A DNA stretch of 64,000 nucleotides. Source: the human T2T-CHM13v2.0 reference genome, Homo sapiens. The position numbers and the translations under genes are program-made. The stretch's first letter is position 1, and every line of letters begins with the position of its first letter. Below the pieces are notes generated by a model. That model was not told where the DNA came from. It did no database searches and saw nothing but the letters and a program-made list of their open reading frames with translations. This document shows, one piece after another, positions 1-12,585 of this stretch. The DNA lies in the NCBI RefSeq assembly GCF_009914755.1, contig NC_060944.1. One strand, written 5' to 3'.

Positions 1-19
1 AACACAAGAGAATTACACA

Positions 20-330
20 GATGTAGCCTCAGACCACACAGAGCTCACATTTAGTCTGAGGAGTCAGACCCTAAGGGAGGTAAATAAGTCACTAAACAAG
101 ACAATTCCAGAAAATAATAAATGCCAACATGAAAAGAGAGCAGGTAATAGGACACAGCGTCTTTGGTGGGAGGATCAGGCCTCAAGTTTGGGGAGACGTG
201 TCATCTTTGGGCAGCTAAAAACTACAGGGCTCAGAAAACCTCAGACATACAGAAAGGAGAGGAATGCACTGCTCTATAGCCCACTCCCTGGAAGGCTGGG
301 AAGCCCTGGTCCAGGGAAAGCACAGGGTTC
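20..330 (-). mobile_element. L2 LINE 3' fragment (degenerate)
   Basis: gagctcacatttagt...taaacaagacaattccag...caggtaataggac and ggaagccctggtccagggaaagcac resemble the antisense L2 3' region; boundaries approximate. Confidence 0.45.
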
Positions 331-339
331 TAGGAATTG

Positions 340-3250
340 GGAACGGGACCCAACCACAAGGACAGGAAGTGGACAGGGGCCTCCAGGAAGCAGAGAAGAA
401 ACGAAGCACAGAAGTGGCCATGGGGCCATCATGGAGTCTGTTTCACGGACAGAAACACAAAGGGGCTGTTAGGAACAGCCACCTCTGGCCAGCCCCGCCT
501 GTGATTGTGACCTGACAACTCGTGGTTTGTGAAGGTTGTTTGTTTCAGAGGCATTTCGCCTCTCTGCTTTTGGAACCTCCACGAGTGGACTTTTGTCTTG
601 GGGCTCACAGTATTTTACCCCCTTCAGGGAGGTGGCTGGTTGTAGTTTAGCAAAACAGCCACTGACATCGCTGCTCCTTCAGCCTCTGCAGACAGAGCTG
701 CAAGATCCTCGAGGCCTTTTTAATCCCCAGAAACAAGGTTCGCAGGAGGCCAGAGCCTTTGGTGGTGGGGAGCGGAGTCAGCAGGGGGAGGGGAGAGGCC
801 CTTCGGAGAGACTGAGCCGCCAGGCCATCGAGGGAACCTGGGCCAGGGATGAGGCACTTCAGCCCTCGGAGCAGCTGCGACAGCAGAGTCTGACCTCCCA
901 GCAAGGGGCTCTGGCTGCGGGTTTGTTTTCTTTGAGCAAAATCTCAGAAACAAAGATGCCTGTGATGACCTCTGCACGTAGGAACTTTCCATTTCTGCAT
1001 TACGCAGGGCATATGTGTGTCATTTAGGTGTTAAAACAGACCAAAATGTGTTCTCCCGCCCAGAAGCAAGCAAAGCCAACCCCAGCTGCAGTTCCCTGAC
1101 AGTCCAGTGAATTCAGCCAAAGGAAATGGCCCCACATGGAGGTGGGTGAGGCCCAGGGAGGACGACTGTGGTGGGAAACTCAGCAGGCGGAAATGTTCTC
1201 TTGGTTTCTGGGCGGGCTGGAGGTTTCCCAAGGGCCGGTGAAGTTTCAGCCCTAATAGCTGCAGGATTCTCTCAGGGCAGGTGACAGAAGACCTGATGAC
1301 TCCGGTGGCTCAGCGGAGAGTGCATTAATAGGCTTGACCACTTCTGCTCGATCTTCAGGCAAGCTGGGTCTGACCCCTGGACACTGTCCCCTGGAGCCCC
1401 TGGCCTCCACGTGTCCACCCACTGCCATGGTCATGGCTCCTCAGCAGGAGGAGGCCCAGCAGCCTCCAGGTGCCCCTGCCTGGTGCTAGCTGCCCACCGA
1501 AGCTCTAGCCTCACACTCTCAGGTTCAAATCCAGCGACAAGAGCGGATCCCACAAAGGCCACGAGAGTCACCCTAAACGGTCAGCTTAGGTCCTTCGTTC
1601 ACTGAGCCCATCGCTGTCCAGGGCAAGTGGTGCTGGCTGGGCTAGGTCCAGCTCCCGTGTCCACCCTGGGACCTGAGGTTCAGGGTCAGCTCACCCTAGA
1701 CACATGGATCGAGTGGGGAGGGTGAATCCTCAAATGCTAATCAGGTTCTGTTGTACAGAAGGGGAAGCGGAGGCAGGAGGATGCAGCAAGACCTGTTCCC
1801 TCCTCTAACGGCACTCATAGGACAGCCCAGCCACACATTCAAAGAATCTTGAAGGAATAGGATGGTTGGTATGGTTGGTGTGGAAGAAGGTTCATAAATT
1901 CTGGATTTAGCTTTGTGGGATTCAGCTGACCTGAAATTTATACCTGTGCAGGTAGGTGGTTGCTGGGTAGGGTGACCACTACTGTCTCTCTCCATCACCC
2001 AGGGCTGTTTTCAGCTCAAAGCCACAGAAGCCCAGGCATGGTGGCATCTCCGGGGGAAGTTGCCTTATTCCAGATTCACAGGTCCGGGGCGAAGGGGCCA
2101 GGCAGGGCAGGTGTGGGGCGGCAGGATATCGCCCTGGGCCTGGCTCCTTCTGCCTTTCTGCCACCATCTTCAGTGGTGCCATTACCTCGAGGCCTTCTGT
2201 GGTTGCTGGTGCTGCCACGCTCGGCCTCCTGTCTGCCTCCAGATGGGAGAGGAGGAAGGAGGAGGTGAGAGCAGGAAAGAGCTTACATAAAAGACCACAT
2301 TTTCCCAGAATCCCCAGCAGCTGCCTGTTCTCCCCCTCCACTGGGCTAGAGCTGTGTCACACAGGCTGAGCGGCCAGGAAGCTGGGCACCATCCAGGGAG
2401 TGTGTGATCGTCGGGGTCCTGTTGGTAAGAAAAGGGCATGTGGGTAGACATCTGGAGTGCCTGTCATGGTCCAATTAACTGGCTAAAGGGATTGTGGGTG
2501 TGCAGCTGTTTTCAATCAAAAGTACGTAATTCACATCTTCCCAAACACAGATTCCTGCTTTTGAGTAATGAAGGTGACCAAACCACATGACCCTGTCTGC
2601 AAAGATTCCACCTGGACTCCCAGTTCCTCCAAGGAACCGTCATGTGGTTCAAATCCAATGAAATTCTCTAAATCTCCACCCTCCTCAGGGTGCAGAGTTG
2701 GCTGCTTCTCTGTGCCCCCTGCTGATCACGGCAACCCCTGGGTGCCTCGGCCTGCGAAGCCCCAGCTGTCCTCCGTCTGCAGACAAGCCGAGGTATGAAA
2801 GCCTCCTCGCTGGCCCAGGAGCCTGTCATTGTCCTCCAGCAGCTCTAGCCTGGATGCGGTCCCAGAGATAAATCATATCTCTTTAAAAAGCCACAGTGGC
2901 CCATTATTTCTGCTTGAAAATACCCCTGGCTCTCTGCTGGTGAGCTGGTTGACAGGCCCCGGCTGTTGTGCTCAGTGCTGCAAAGAGTCACGTCAGTCTG
3001 TCGACTTGTGTAGTGAGCAAGCTGGTAGCTTCAGATGGTATGCACATGAAATCCCGTCCTGGCATCCAGGACTTGGCTGGGGGTTGCAGAGAGAACCACA
3101 TCTGCAAAAGAGTTGGTATTTTACAGTCCCAGCCTCACGTCCTTGTGAAATGCCCTGTTCATACTGGGCTACAGGGGCGGGAGCAAAAATGATACAATGA
3201 CAATTCCTGGGCTGTGTTCTGCAATATTCTACAACACTTCCACAAGAAAA
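340..3250. promoter_or_regulatory. Candidate haematopoietic-type promoter/enhancer block (RUNX/ETS/C-EBP/CRE/GC box)
   Basis: Repeat-poor and CpG-retaining. RUNX AACCACA/TGTGGTT at 352, 2198, 2581, 2643, 3094; ETS CAGGAAGTG at 363; CACGTCA ~2989; TTGTGAAAT ~3143; GGGGCGGG ~3174. Motif-based only. Confidence 0.45.
2712..2725 (-). promoter_or_regulatory. CTCF core motif candidate
   Basis: Minus strand TCAGCAGGGGGCAC matches CCASYAGRKGGCRS at 13/14. Confidence 0.55.
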
Positions 3251-3274
3251 CTCCAATCTTTAAAAATAGACTGA

Positions 3275-3606
<332 letters not shown>

Positions 3607-3621
3607 CACTATAGATATTTC

Positions 3622-4085
3622 AACCAGAGGAATATAGTGAATCATGATCTACCCATCACCCAGGTTCAACAGCTCTCAGGGTTTGCCCCCTTCCTTCCAG
3701 CTCTTTCCCCTCTTTCTGCCAAATTATTTTAAAGCAAATCCCAGACCTCAAGTGGACATTTTCTAACAAAGTTGCAATATCCTAAACATCTCCGATGTTC
3801 AAATTCCCCCAGGTGTTGCTCAGATATTTTTTTCTGGTTGCTTTTCCAGAAATTCAACAAGGACCACACGGCATTTGGTTGTTAAGTTTCTAACTTCTCT
3901 TTGGTTGACAGTGATCCCCTCTCCTTCATTTTACTTTTAATGCCACTGCTTGTTGAATTCCTGGGAGCAGTTGCTCTGTGGGATGCCCCACATCCAGGAT
4001 TTGTCAGTCTGCTGCCTCATGGTGTCATTTCAATTCCTTCTGCAGATGGATGCCGCTGGACATCCTTGCCAAGGTGTGTCAGTTT
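3622..4085 (-). mobile_element. Old L1M (L1MC4/5-like) 3' fragment
   Basis: ttttaaagcaaatcccagac, tgttcaaattccccc and aacaaggaccacacggcatttggttgtt match the L1MC 3' end antisense. Confidence 0.6.
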
Positions 4086-4092
4086 CAATTAA

Positions 4093-4443
<351 letters not shown>

Positions 4444-4814
4444 TGTGTTTTAAGATGATTTCCTGGATTCTTGTTGAACTACCAAGGCAGGTGTTTGCTC
4501 CCAGGCTTCACCATCAAATTCCCTAACGGCTGTGTTCTGGGTTGAGTCACTTTAATGAGCTGCCCTGCCGTTCCCAGGTGAGATGTCAATTAGAATTTGC
4601 AATCCCAATACCAGGGCCACGTTCTCACCACCTGAAGAAACCCTAACAGTCGAGACAGAATGAATGAAGGACAGATCAATGGGCTGGGTCTGTACAAGCA
4701 CACCCATAGGGCAACCCAAGGGCACGTTATTTTGGTCTGAGTTATCTCCTGAGTCATGGACATGAGTCTGGGAAGGTCAAGGTTCGCTTGTTATCGTTAT
4801 GGAAAGACACTGAC

Positions 4815-4970
4815 CTTATGTGCTGGGCTGTGCCGTGGGCGCCTTCTTATTACATCCTCAGAACAGCCTCAGGATGGCTCATGATTCCCTCAATCACAGA
4901 TGAGGACCTGAGGCTCAGGAAAGATACATTTGCATCTTGTAGGTCTGGGTTCAGCCTGGACCCACGGTTT
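4815..4970 (-). mobile_element. MIR fragment
   Basis: MIR core acagatgaggacctgaggctcag. Confidence 0.55.
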
Positions 4971-5244
4971 CCATGCTTGCCCTGACCCTTCATTCCCTCC
5001 ATTCCCTCCCAGCAGCCAGTCAGTGGCTGTCCAGACATGTGCACCAGCTGTGCTGCACCTCCACCATAAAAACTCCTCCAATCACTTCCCACTGCTCCCC
5101 ATGTGAACCCCAAGGGGGCTCACCCTGTCCCAGGAGGTTCTGCCTGATCCACACCCCCCACCCCTTCCTGCATCCCTGCAACCTGCTCTCCCTACGTCCT
5201 CAGTCCTGGCGTCCTCTCTGTTCCCTGGACTTGTCCAGCCCAGT

Positions 5245-5630
5245 CCTACCTCCAGGCCTTGGCACCTGCTGTGCCCTTGACCTGGCGTGATCTCCTGATG
5301 GCCGTTACTGGGCTGGAAACTTCTCAGTGCTCAGCTTGAGCTCAAAGCCCACCTCTTCAGAGAGGCTGTCCCCATCCACTGTGGCCTTTCTTCCCTTTGC
5401 TCTTTCAATTCCCAGTTTATTTCCTGTAGAGCAGTTTCACCCTCTTCACCAATCTTGTTTATTTCCTTGTTTATTGTGCCTCCTTTACCAGAACGTTCAC
5501 CCTCTGAGGGCCTGGGCCAGGTCTGTCTGTTCACAGCTCTAGTGCTCAGAGAAGTCACTGCATAAATAAACAAATACTTTGCTCAGAAAATTGTGGATAT
5601 GTAAATGAAATAGGTCTGAATAAATGAATT
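5245..5630 (+). mobile_element. L2 3' end
   Basis: cacctcttcagagaggct, gtctgtctgttcacagct and terminal tgaataaatgaat. Confidence 0.6.
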
Positions 5631-5945
5631 AAATACAAAGCATATGTGAGTCATCTTTCCCAAGTAGTCATATCATAATGTTAACAACAACAACAAAACA
5701 AGGAATGGGGGGAGAATAGAATGCCTGCCTGGGGGAAGCTGGGCTGTGTCCCTGGACTTCCATTCCAGCAGGAAGAAGTGAAAACAGACTCCAAGGATTT
5801 CCACCGGACAGTGGCATGGCCGGACACTGTTTCTATGTCTGGTCAATGGAGCAGTGCCCCATGTTATGGCTGGCACGGTGCTGCCTGCCCTCCTGGGGGC
5901 ATGACGACCACGTACTGGCCCTCAGGACACGGGAAACTTTGGCTG

Positions 5946-6273
5946 TTTATTCTATTTATTTATTTATTTGTTTATTTATTTATTTTTGAGATAGAGTTTC
6001 ACTCACTCTTTTGCCCAGGCTGGAATGCAGTGGCGTGATCTCAGCTCACCACAACCTCCAGTTCCTGGGTTCAAGTGATTCTCATGGTGCAGACTTCCAA
6101 GTAGCTGGGATTACAGGCCTGCACCACCACACCTGGCTAATTTTTGTGTTTTTAGTAGAGATGGGGTTTCACCATGTTGCTTAGACTGGTCTCAAACTCC
6201 TGGCCTCAAGTGATCCTCCTGCCTCGGCCTCCCAAATTGCTGGGATTACAGGCATGAGCCACCGCGCCTGCCC
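5946..6273 (-). mobile_element. Alu (old S/J-like) with (TTTA)n tail
   Basis: Complete dimer ending gagccaccgcgcctgcc. Confidence 0.95.
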
Positions 6274-8248
6274 CCCTTGCCTGTTTATCTCCTTTATTAT
6301 TAAATTCCAAAGAGCTTTGGATGAATCTCTGTTTTTTAATTCTCTGTCTATCCCAGAGGATGTTTTCAGGCCTGATGGAGTCACTGAGGGACCCTGATGA
6401 GGGCTCTGAGTATCCCTGGATGGGAAGGAGACCTCTTCATCCCCAGGCACAGGGAGGCCAGCCTGTGCAGTATTTTCCTCTCCTGCATTTCAATCCAGCT
6501 AAAGGCATCCTTCACTTCCTGCTTCACTTCAGGGGTCCCCATCTCTGAAGCCAGATTCACCTGAGGCAGCTTCTTCCTTGTGACCTGACATCGCTTTTAT
6601 GATGTTTTTATTCCAGAACCACCTGAGAGAGGAAAGAGAACTGGTTATAAAAAGGAACTGCTTCTCTTAATGACTCTTAAACTCCAGAGCGACCTGCCCA
6701 AGGGCAGGGAGCAGTGGGGCCCGGGGGGGTTTCTGAAAGCAGGGGCCATCCATCACCTGGCCCCGCCTCTGGCTATGTGCTGCCTTCTGCAGACCTCATC
6801 ACTGCTGTGCTCTGTGGCATTTAATCAATGGCCTTTCTAGGGGTTCTGAGTGATGCTGTCTCTTGTCAGATGAGAATCCACCTGCAGCTGCCTCTGGAAG
6901 GAGTGTTCCAAAAGAGGGGGGTCCCAGCTTCTCCCTCTGCTGGGAGGGGGGAGGTCACAGGAGATGCTTTGGCCCCTGGGCAGCCCTTGGGGTTCCTGAA
7001 ACTCCACAGGGGCAGTGACAACATGGAACATGCTGCGGACCAGGCTCCTCCAGGCTCAGCCCCAGAGGTGGGACAGAAGAGATGCCCAGAGCTCTGGGCC
7101 CCTGCGAGACCCAGCTCCCTTGTCCGCTTACAGCCGTGGCTCTGCCATCACCTACCTGGAACCTGGCAGCCTGTTCTCATCTCCCCTCTATCCCTGGTCA
7201 TGTCAGCAGCCAAGAAGCCCAGGACCCAAGTCCTCCCTCATCCCCACTCCAATCTCCCCCAGCTCTGAGGCATGAAGAACCCCCCAACTCTTCCTGATCC
7301 CCTTGCCCCCCTCCTACTCCCTGAGCCTGGGGTCCCCTTACTATCCTCCCTCCCTTCTTTTCCCCACAGCATGGCTACCCTTGCACACGCTCAGTTTCTT
7401 GCTCATTTATTTATCTGAGTTCTAGAACGCATGCTCTGGGCAGCAAGAGCTTTTGTCTGCAGATTTTTATCTCATGTAAAACAGGCCATGGCTCTGGAGA
7501 GGGAGAAGTGCCATGGCTGGCCACTGGAGAAGTGGCTCAGGGCCAGAGGCACCTGCGTTGGGGGAACAGTGAAGGCTGTGGGGACGGGAGACCAGAGCTC
7601 AAGTGCTGCCTGCCTTTAACTTTCTGGACAGGCCATGGGAGAGGCTAGGCGGGGCTCCGTTTCCAAGTGTGGCGAGGAAGTCACTTGTCACCAGGGTTCC
7701 CTGCAATTGAGCCACCCATTAATGCATAAGGATGTCAGCTCCTGCAAGCCTGTGAAATAAGTGCCAGGCCAGGGCTTTGAACTCCTGAGCAGCAAGGTGA
7801 TTTGTATGTGCAGAGACCACTCACGAGGAGGCCCTTCAATACAAGTGTCCCCCCATAATCCGGGTTTCTCTCCAGTTTCAGTTCCTGAGCAGGTAAGCCA
7901 ATTTCAAAATAATTTTTCCATAAGGTGATTATGAGGCATCGGTGCCATGGAGGTGTGGCTGACACCTCTGCCCTGGTTGCATCCTGCATCCCTGAAGCTC
8001 TGTGCTGTGACTCAGTGAGGTAATTGTCTCTGTACCCCCATCACTACCCAGTGGATGCAGCCAGGGGCATGGTTTTCTCCCTTAGTTTACAATGAGATTA
8101 AAGGGGACGTTCAACACTCCTGACTTTAAAGAGACAGATATATGCTTTTCTTTTTCTTTTTTTCCTTTTTTCTCTTTTCCTGTTCCTCCTTCTTCCCTGT
8201 CTCTGGAAATCTCTACATAAAAGGGTGCTCACTAAGGTGCTATTTTCT

Positions 8249-8394
8249 TTTTCTTTTTCTTTTTTCTTTTCTTCTTCTTCTTTTTTTTTTTTGAAACAGA
8301 GTTTCACTCTTGTTGCCCAGGCTAGAGTGTAATGGTGCAACCTTGGCTCACTGCAACTTCCGCCTCCCGGATTCAAGAGAGTCTCCTGCCTCAG
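8249..8394 (-). mobile_element. 5'-truncated Alu (right-arm end only, Sp/Sq-like)
   Basis: gagtttcactcttgttgcccagg; perfect 16-bp TSD taaggtgctattttct at 8233-8248 and 8395-8410. Confidence 0.93.
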
Positions 8395-8666
8395 TAAGGT
8401 GCTATTTTCTAACAGCAAAATGCTGGGAACGATCAAGATGGGGAAATGGGAGAAGAAAGCACGATATAATGATTCAGTAGACTATTACACAGACATTCAA
8501 AATAGCTCCATGTAGACCAGGAAGTAGTATGAACTCAAGTGAAAACTGTAAAACAGCATGAAATGCATTTTGTTAAGTAAGAAATAGTATAATGTGATAA
8601 GAGGTACACCAATCAGGAGGCTAAGTTGAGGCCCTGCTGTGCACCTAACGGCAAGGACGTGCTTGA

Positions 8667-8830
8667 AGACAATGCTTCTCACACGTTAATGTGCTCACAA
8701 ACCACCTGGGGGGTTTGTTAAAATTGAGATTTCTATTCAGTAGGACCTGGATGGGCCCTGAAATTCCGTATTTTTTAGCAATCATCTAGGTGATGGCTGC
8801 TGGTTTGCAGACCACACTTCAAGAAGCAAG
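8667..8830. mobile_element. MER5B-like hAT-Charlie MITE
   Basis: cacctggg...tgttaaaat...ttcagtagg...gaccacacttcaagaagcaag. Confidence 0.7.
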
Positions 8831-8859
8831 ACCTTAATAATATATTTTGACTTTGAACC

Positions 8860-9065
8860 TTCATAATAATCCTTAAACTGAGTAAAACTGGTTCAGAGAA
8901 GGTCAATGACCTCCCCAGATAGTGGCCTCTCAGGTAAGTGACACTGTCATGTGAGTGACGTCCTCAGGTGAGTGATGTCCCCGGACTCACATGGCAGGGA
9001 CATGGTGGAGTCAGGATTTGAACACAGATACCCAATTCCAAAGCTCCTAGTCTCAAACACATTGG
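8860..9065 (-). mobile_element. MIR fragment
   Basis: aaactggttcagagaaggtcaatgac; ggtggagtcaggatttgaac. Confidence 0.5.
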
Positions 9066-9187
9066 CTGTAGCTGCAACTACATGAGTGATTTTTCTTTTT
9101 CTGTAAAGTCTGTTTTTCATCATCTCATTAATTAAAAATTGATTATAAGATTGTAAAAAATTAATGAGATGTTGTCCCCTCCAATAA

Positions 9188-9832
<645 letters not shown>

Positions 9833-10615
9833 TGAATGGATTGACGGAAGTAAGTCAATGTGAAAGAGGCTTTGGAAGGACGGCAGATGCCGAGTGTTTA
9901 TTGCTTAAGTTCTCACTCTCCATGGCTCAGCACAAAACAAAAGATGTTTTACAGTGGCCTAAAATTGCAGTTGCTTTTGCCATGAAAATTCAACACAGCA
10001 TCTTTGCTGTAAGAGTGACACAGACTTGAAGGGTCTGCTGTTACCGTGATGAACATTTTCAACCAGGTGAGACGCTGAGAGTGAGAAATCTCACCTGGAC
10101 AGTGACACAAAGCCCTCCCAAGCTACACTCTCTGAGTGGCTCCTGCCTTTTGCACCCTTGAACGTGGCCATGCACAGAAAAATCCCAATTTGGGATGCAT
10201 CTCTCACAGCCGTGCTTCAAGTAACCTGGAGATTGCATGTCAGTCCATGTGTCCTTGTCTTAATAGAAATTAGAAGAGAAGAAAAACAAAAGCCCCAGCC
10301 TCGTGAGAGAGTCTATAGGGAGTAGGGATAGAATAAAAGGTAAGTTAATCCATTCTCCATTTCTGCTCCTTTTTAAGATTTTTTGTTGGTATGGAAATTT
10401 GTGCTTAGAAAAACACTGCAGATCTGTACCCAAGTGATATGATCGAATAAAAATAATCTTCAAAAAAGTCATCGAATTTAGCAGAGAAAAGCAAAAATAC
10501 CAGATAGTCAAAATAGTAAAGTCACTCTCCAATTTACAATCAGGACTGTATCCAGATATTTGGAACAGAGGAGGTTTTCTCGCTGAGTGGTCTGCAATGG
10601 CTAATGTTTGCCACC

Positions 10616-10738
10616 TCATTTTGGGCGTGCAGATACAGACTTTGCTTCATTTTGGGCGTGCAGATACAGAATTTGCTTCATTTTGGGTTTGCAGATACAG
10701 ACTTTGCTTCATTTTGGGTGTGCAGATACAGACTTTGC
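10616..10738. repeat. 31-bp minisatellite x4
   Basis: Unit tcattttgggcgtgcagatacagactttgct, 0-2 substitutions per copy. Confidence 0.97.
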
Positions 10739-11220
10739 ATTGACAGATGAAGCTCAGGTTGTCTTGTCACAGGTGGTCTCTTAGATCATGTTAACCTAAA
10801 AACAGGAGCAATCAGGGATAGAAAGTCCAGCCCTGTGATCCAGGCTCACGACTTCTTCCCAGGCCTCACTTTGCTCAGGGGTTACACTAAGGGGCTGCAC
10901 TAGATGACCTCTAGGGTCTCTCGTCTGACTCTGAAGTTTAGATGTAAAGAACCAGGTTGGCTGTAAGAAGATGCGTATTGCACACAAAGAGCCAGCCAGG
11001 GAAGGTCTTGGCTTAATAATCTACCCCTTACTATCATGCGACACGAGAGCCAGAATCAGATAGAGAGCTATGGCTGCAGGGAATGGAAAACTCAGTGCAA
11101 ACAGGTGTGAGCAGGAGGGAGCTTCATGGGCTCCAGCCTTCAAAAATCCCAGAGATAAACAGCATCAGGAATGATTGGATCAGGCTGTGGCTCAGTTTCC
11201 CTGAAGTTCTCTTGGTTCTT

Positions 11221-11340
11221 TCCTCTCTCACGGGTCATGATTTCAGACTGTCCTCTCTCACGGGTCATGATTTCAGACTGTCCTCTCTCATGGGTCATGA
11301 TTTCAGACTGTCCTCTCTCATGGGTCATGATTTCAGACTG
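11221..11340. repeat. 30-bp minisatellite x4
   Basis: Unit tcctctctca(c/t)gggtcatgatttcagactg; two C copies then two T copies. Confidence 0.98.
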
Positions 11341-12379
11341 GCTTTTCTTGTGGTAGCAGAGAAGGCTGCAGTGGTTCTAAGAGCTGCATCCCATCCACCT
11401 TGTCCAGAGCAAACCATGGAAAAGCCAGGGCTCCCAGGCAACATCTTACCTTTCACTGGCCCACCTGGGCCAGGTGCCCATTCTTGAATCAGTCAAGGTC
11501 AGAGAGTGGGAAGAGCTGACTGCATCAGGCCAATCACAGCCCACTGCTGGGGCTGGGGGCAGGGACAGGGCCATGGGCTACTGTGCTGGGAGATTTGGGG
11601 TCAGGTGAAGAAGGGCCTGGTGAATTGTTGCTGTAATCCTTCAGTAGGAACCCATTGCAGGGAGAAAGTCACTCCATCTTCTTTGGCAAAAGAGAAACAA
11701 TCATACTCCTCTTCTTCCAACCTTGCTGCATTGTCATAAGGATGGAAACAGGTCATGAGAGGCAAAGCTTTGGTATGAGCAAAGCCCTGAATAACTGTTA
11801 GCAGGAGGGGCAGGCATTGTAGCTATTTCTGATCTCGTTATTAAGGGACTAAAATTTGTTTACTGTAAAGTTGGTTCTTTCAGGATGATGCAGTGCCTAC
11901 TGTCAAATATCTCAATCAAAAAAATTAAAAATTATGTTACTTTATGGTGAAATCTGTATTGCATGAAATTGATTTTTAAATTAAAATTAATTTTCACGAC
12001 ACAAGTAATATATCATGTATTTCCCTGTAAGAAAACCAAGACATTAAAGATAAGCTCAAGTCCCCATTTACCTTCCCCAGTCTACCACCCCCCTAAATTC
12101 TCAGAAAGGGACATTTGACCTGAGATCGCCTCCTCTGGAGTGCTCATCAGTGAAGACCCAGCAGATCCCCAGTCAGTGCTTGAATTCCTTTAGGTATGAA
12201 TGGAGTTGAGTTCATCCTGAGAAAGACCCCTGAAGGCCAGGCTGAAGTCAGGTGCATGGAGGTCCCCAGAGAATAGCAGATTCATTCTATCCATGTCCAT
12301 GCAGCAGCTGTTGGGTGTGAGTTGGCCGTGGGGAGGCAGGATGTGTCCTCTTTGCAGAGTGGTGGGAGCTGGCACACAC

Positions 12380-12585
12380 CGGGCACTATTCCCCGTGCCC
12401 TGTATCTATGATCTCACTCAGTCCTCACACCAACCCCATGAGATACGGCACTATTACTAAGCTCCCCATGCTGCAGATGGGGAAGCTGAGGCAGAGTGGT
12501 CAAGGCACTTGCTCAGGGGGCAGTGCTGGGACTTGAGCCTGGGCAGTTTAGCTCCAGGGACTATGTTCTTAACCACTAGGCCATG
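12380..12585 (-). mobile_element. MIR
   Basis: tcctcacaccaaccccatgag...gcagatggggaagctgaggcag...tcttaaccact. Confidence 0.75.

Noticed and set aside
2232-2290. Minus-strand GTAAGC plus polypyrimidine tract plus AG as a mini-intron
   Set aside because: About 50 nt is below typical human intron size and the first AG is in GAG context
10616-11340. CRISPR-like ~30-bp repeats
   Set aside because: Contiguous tandem units without spacers, no cas genes, eukaryotic context
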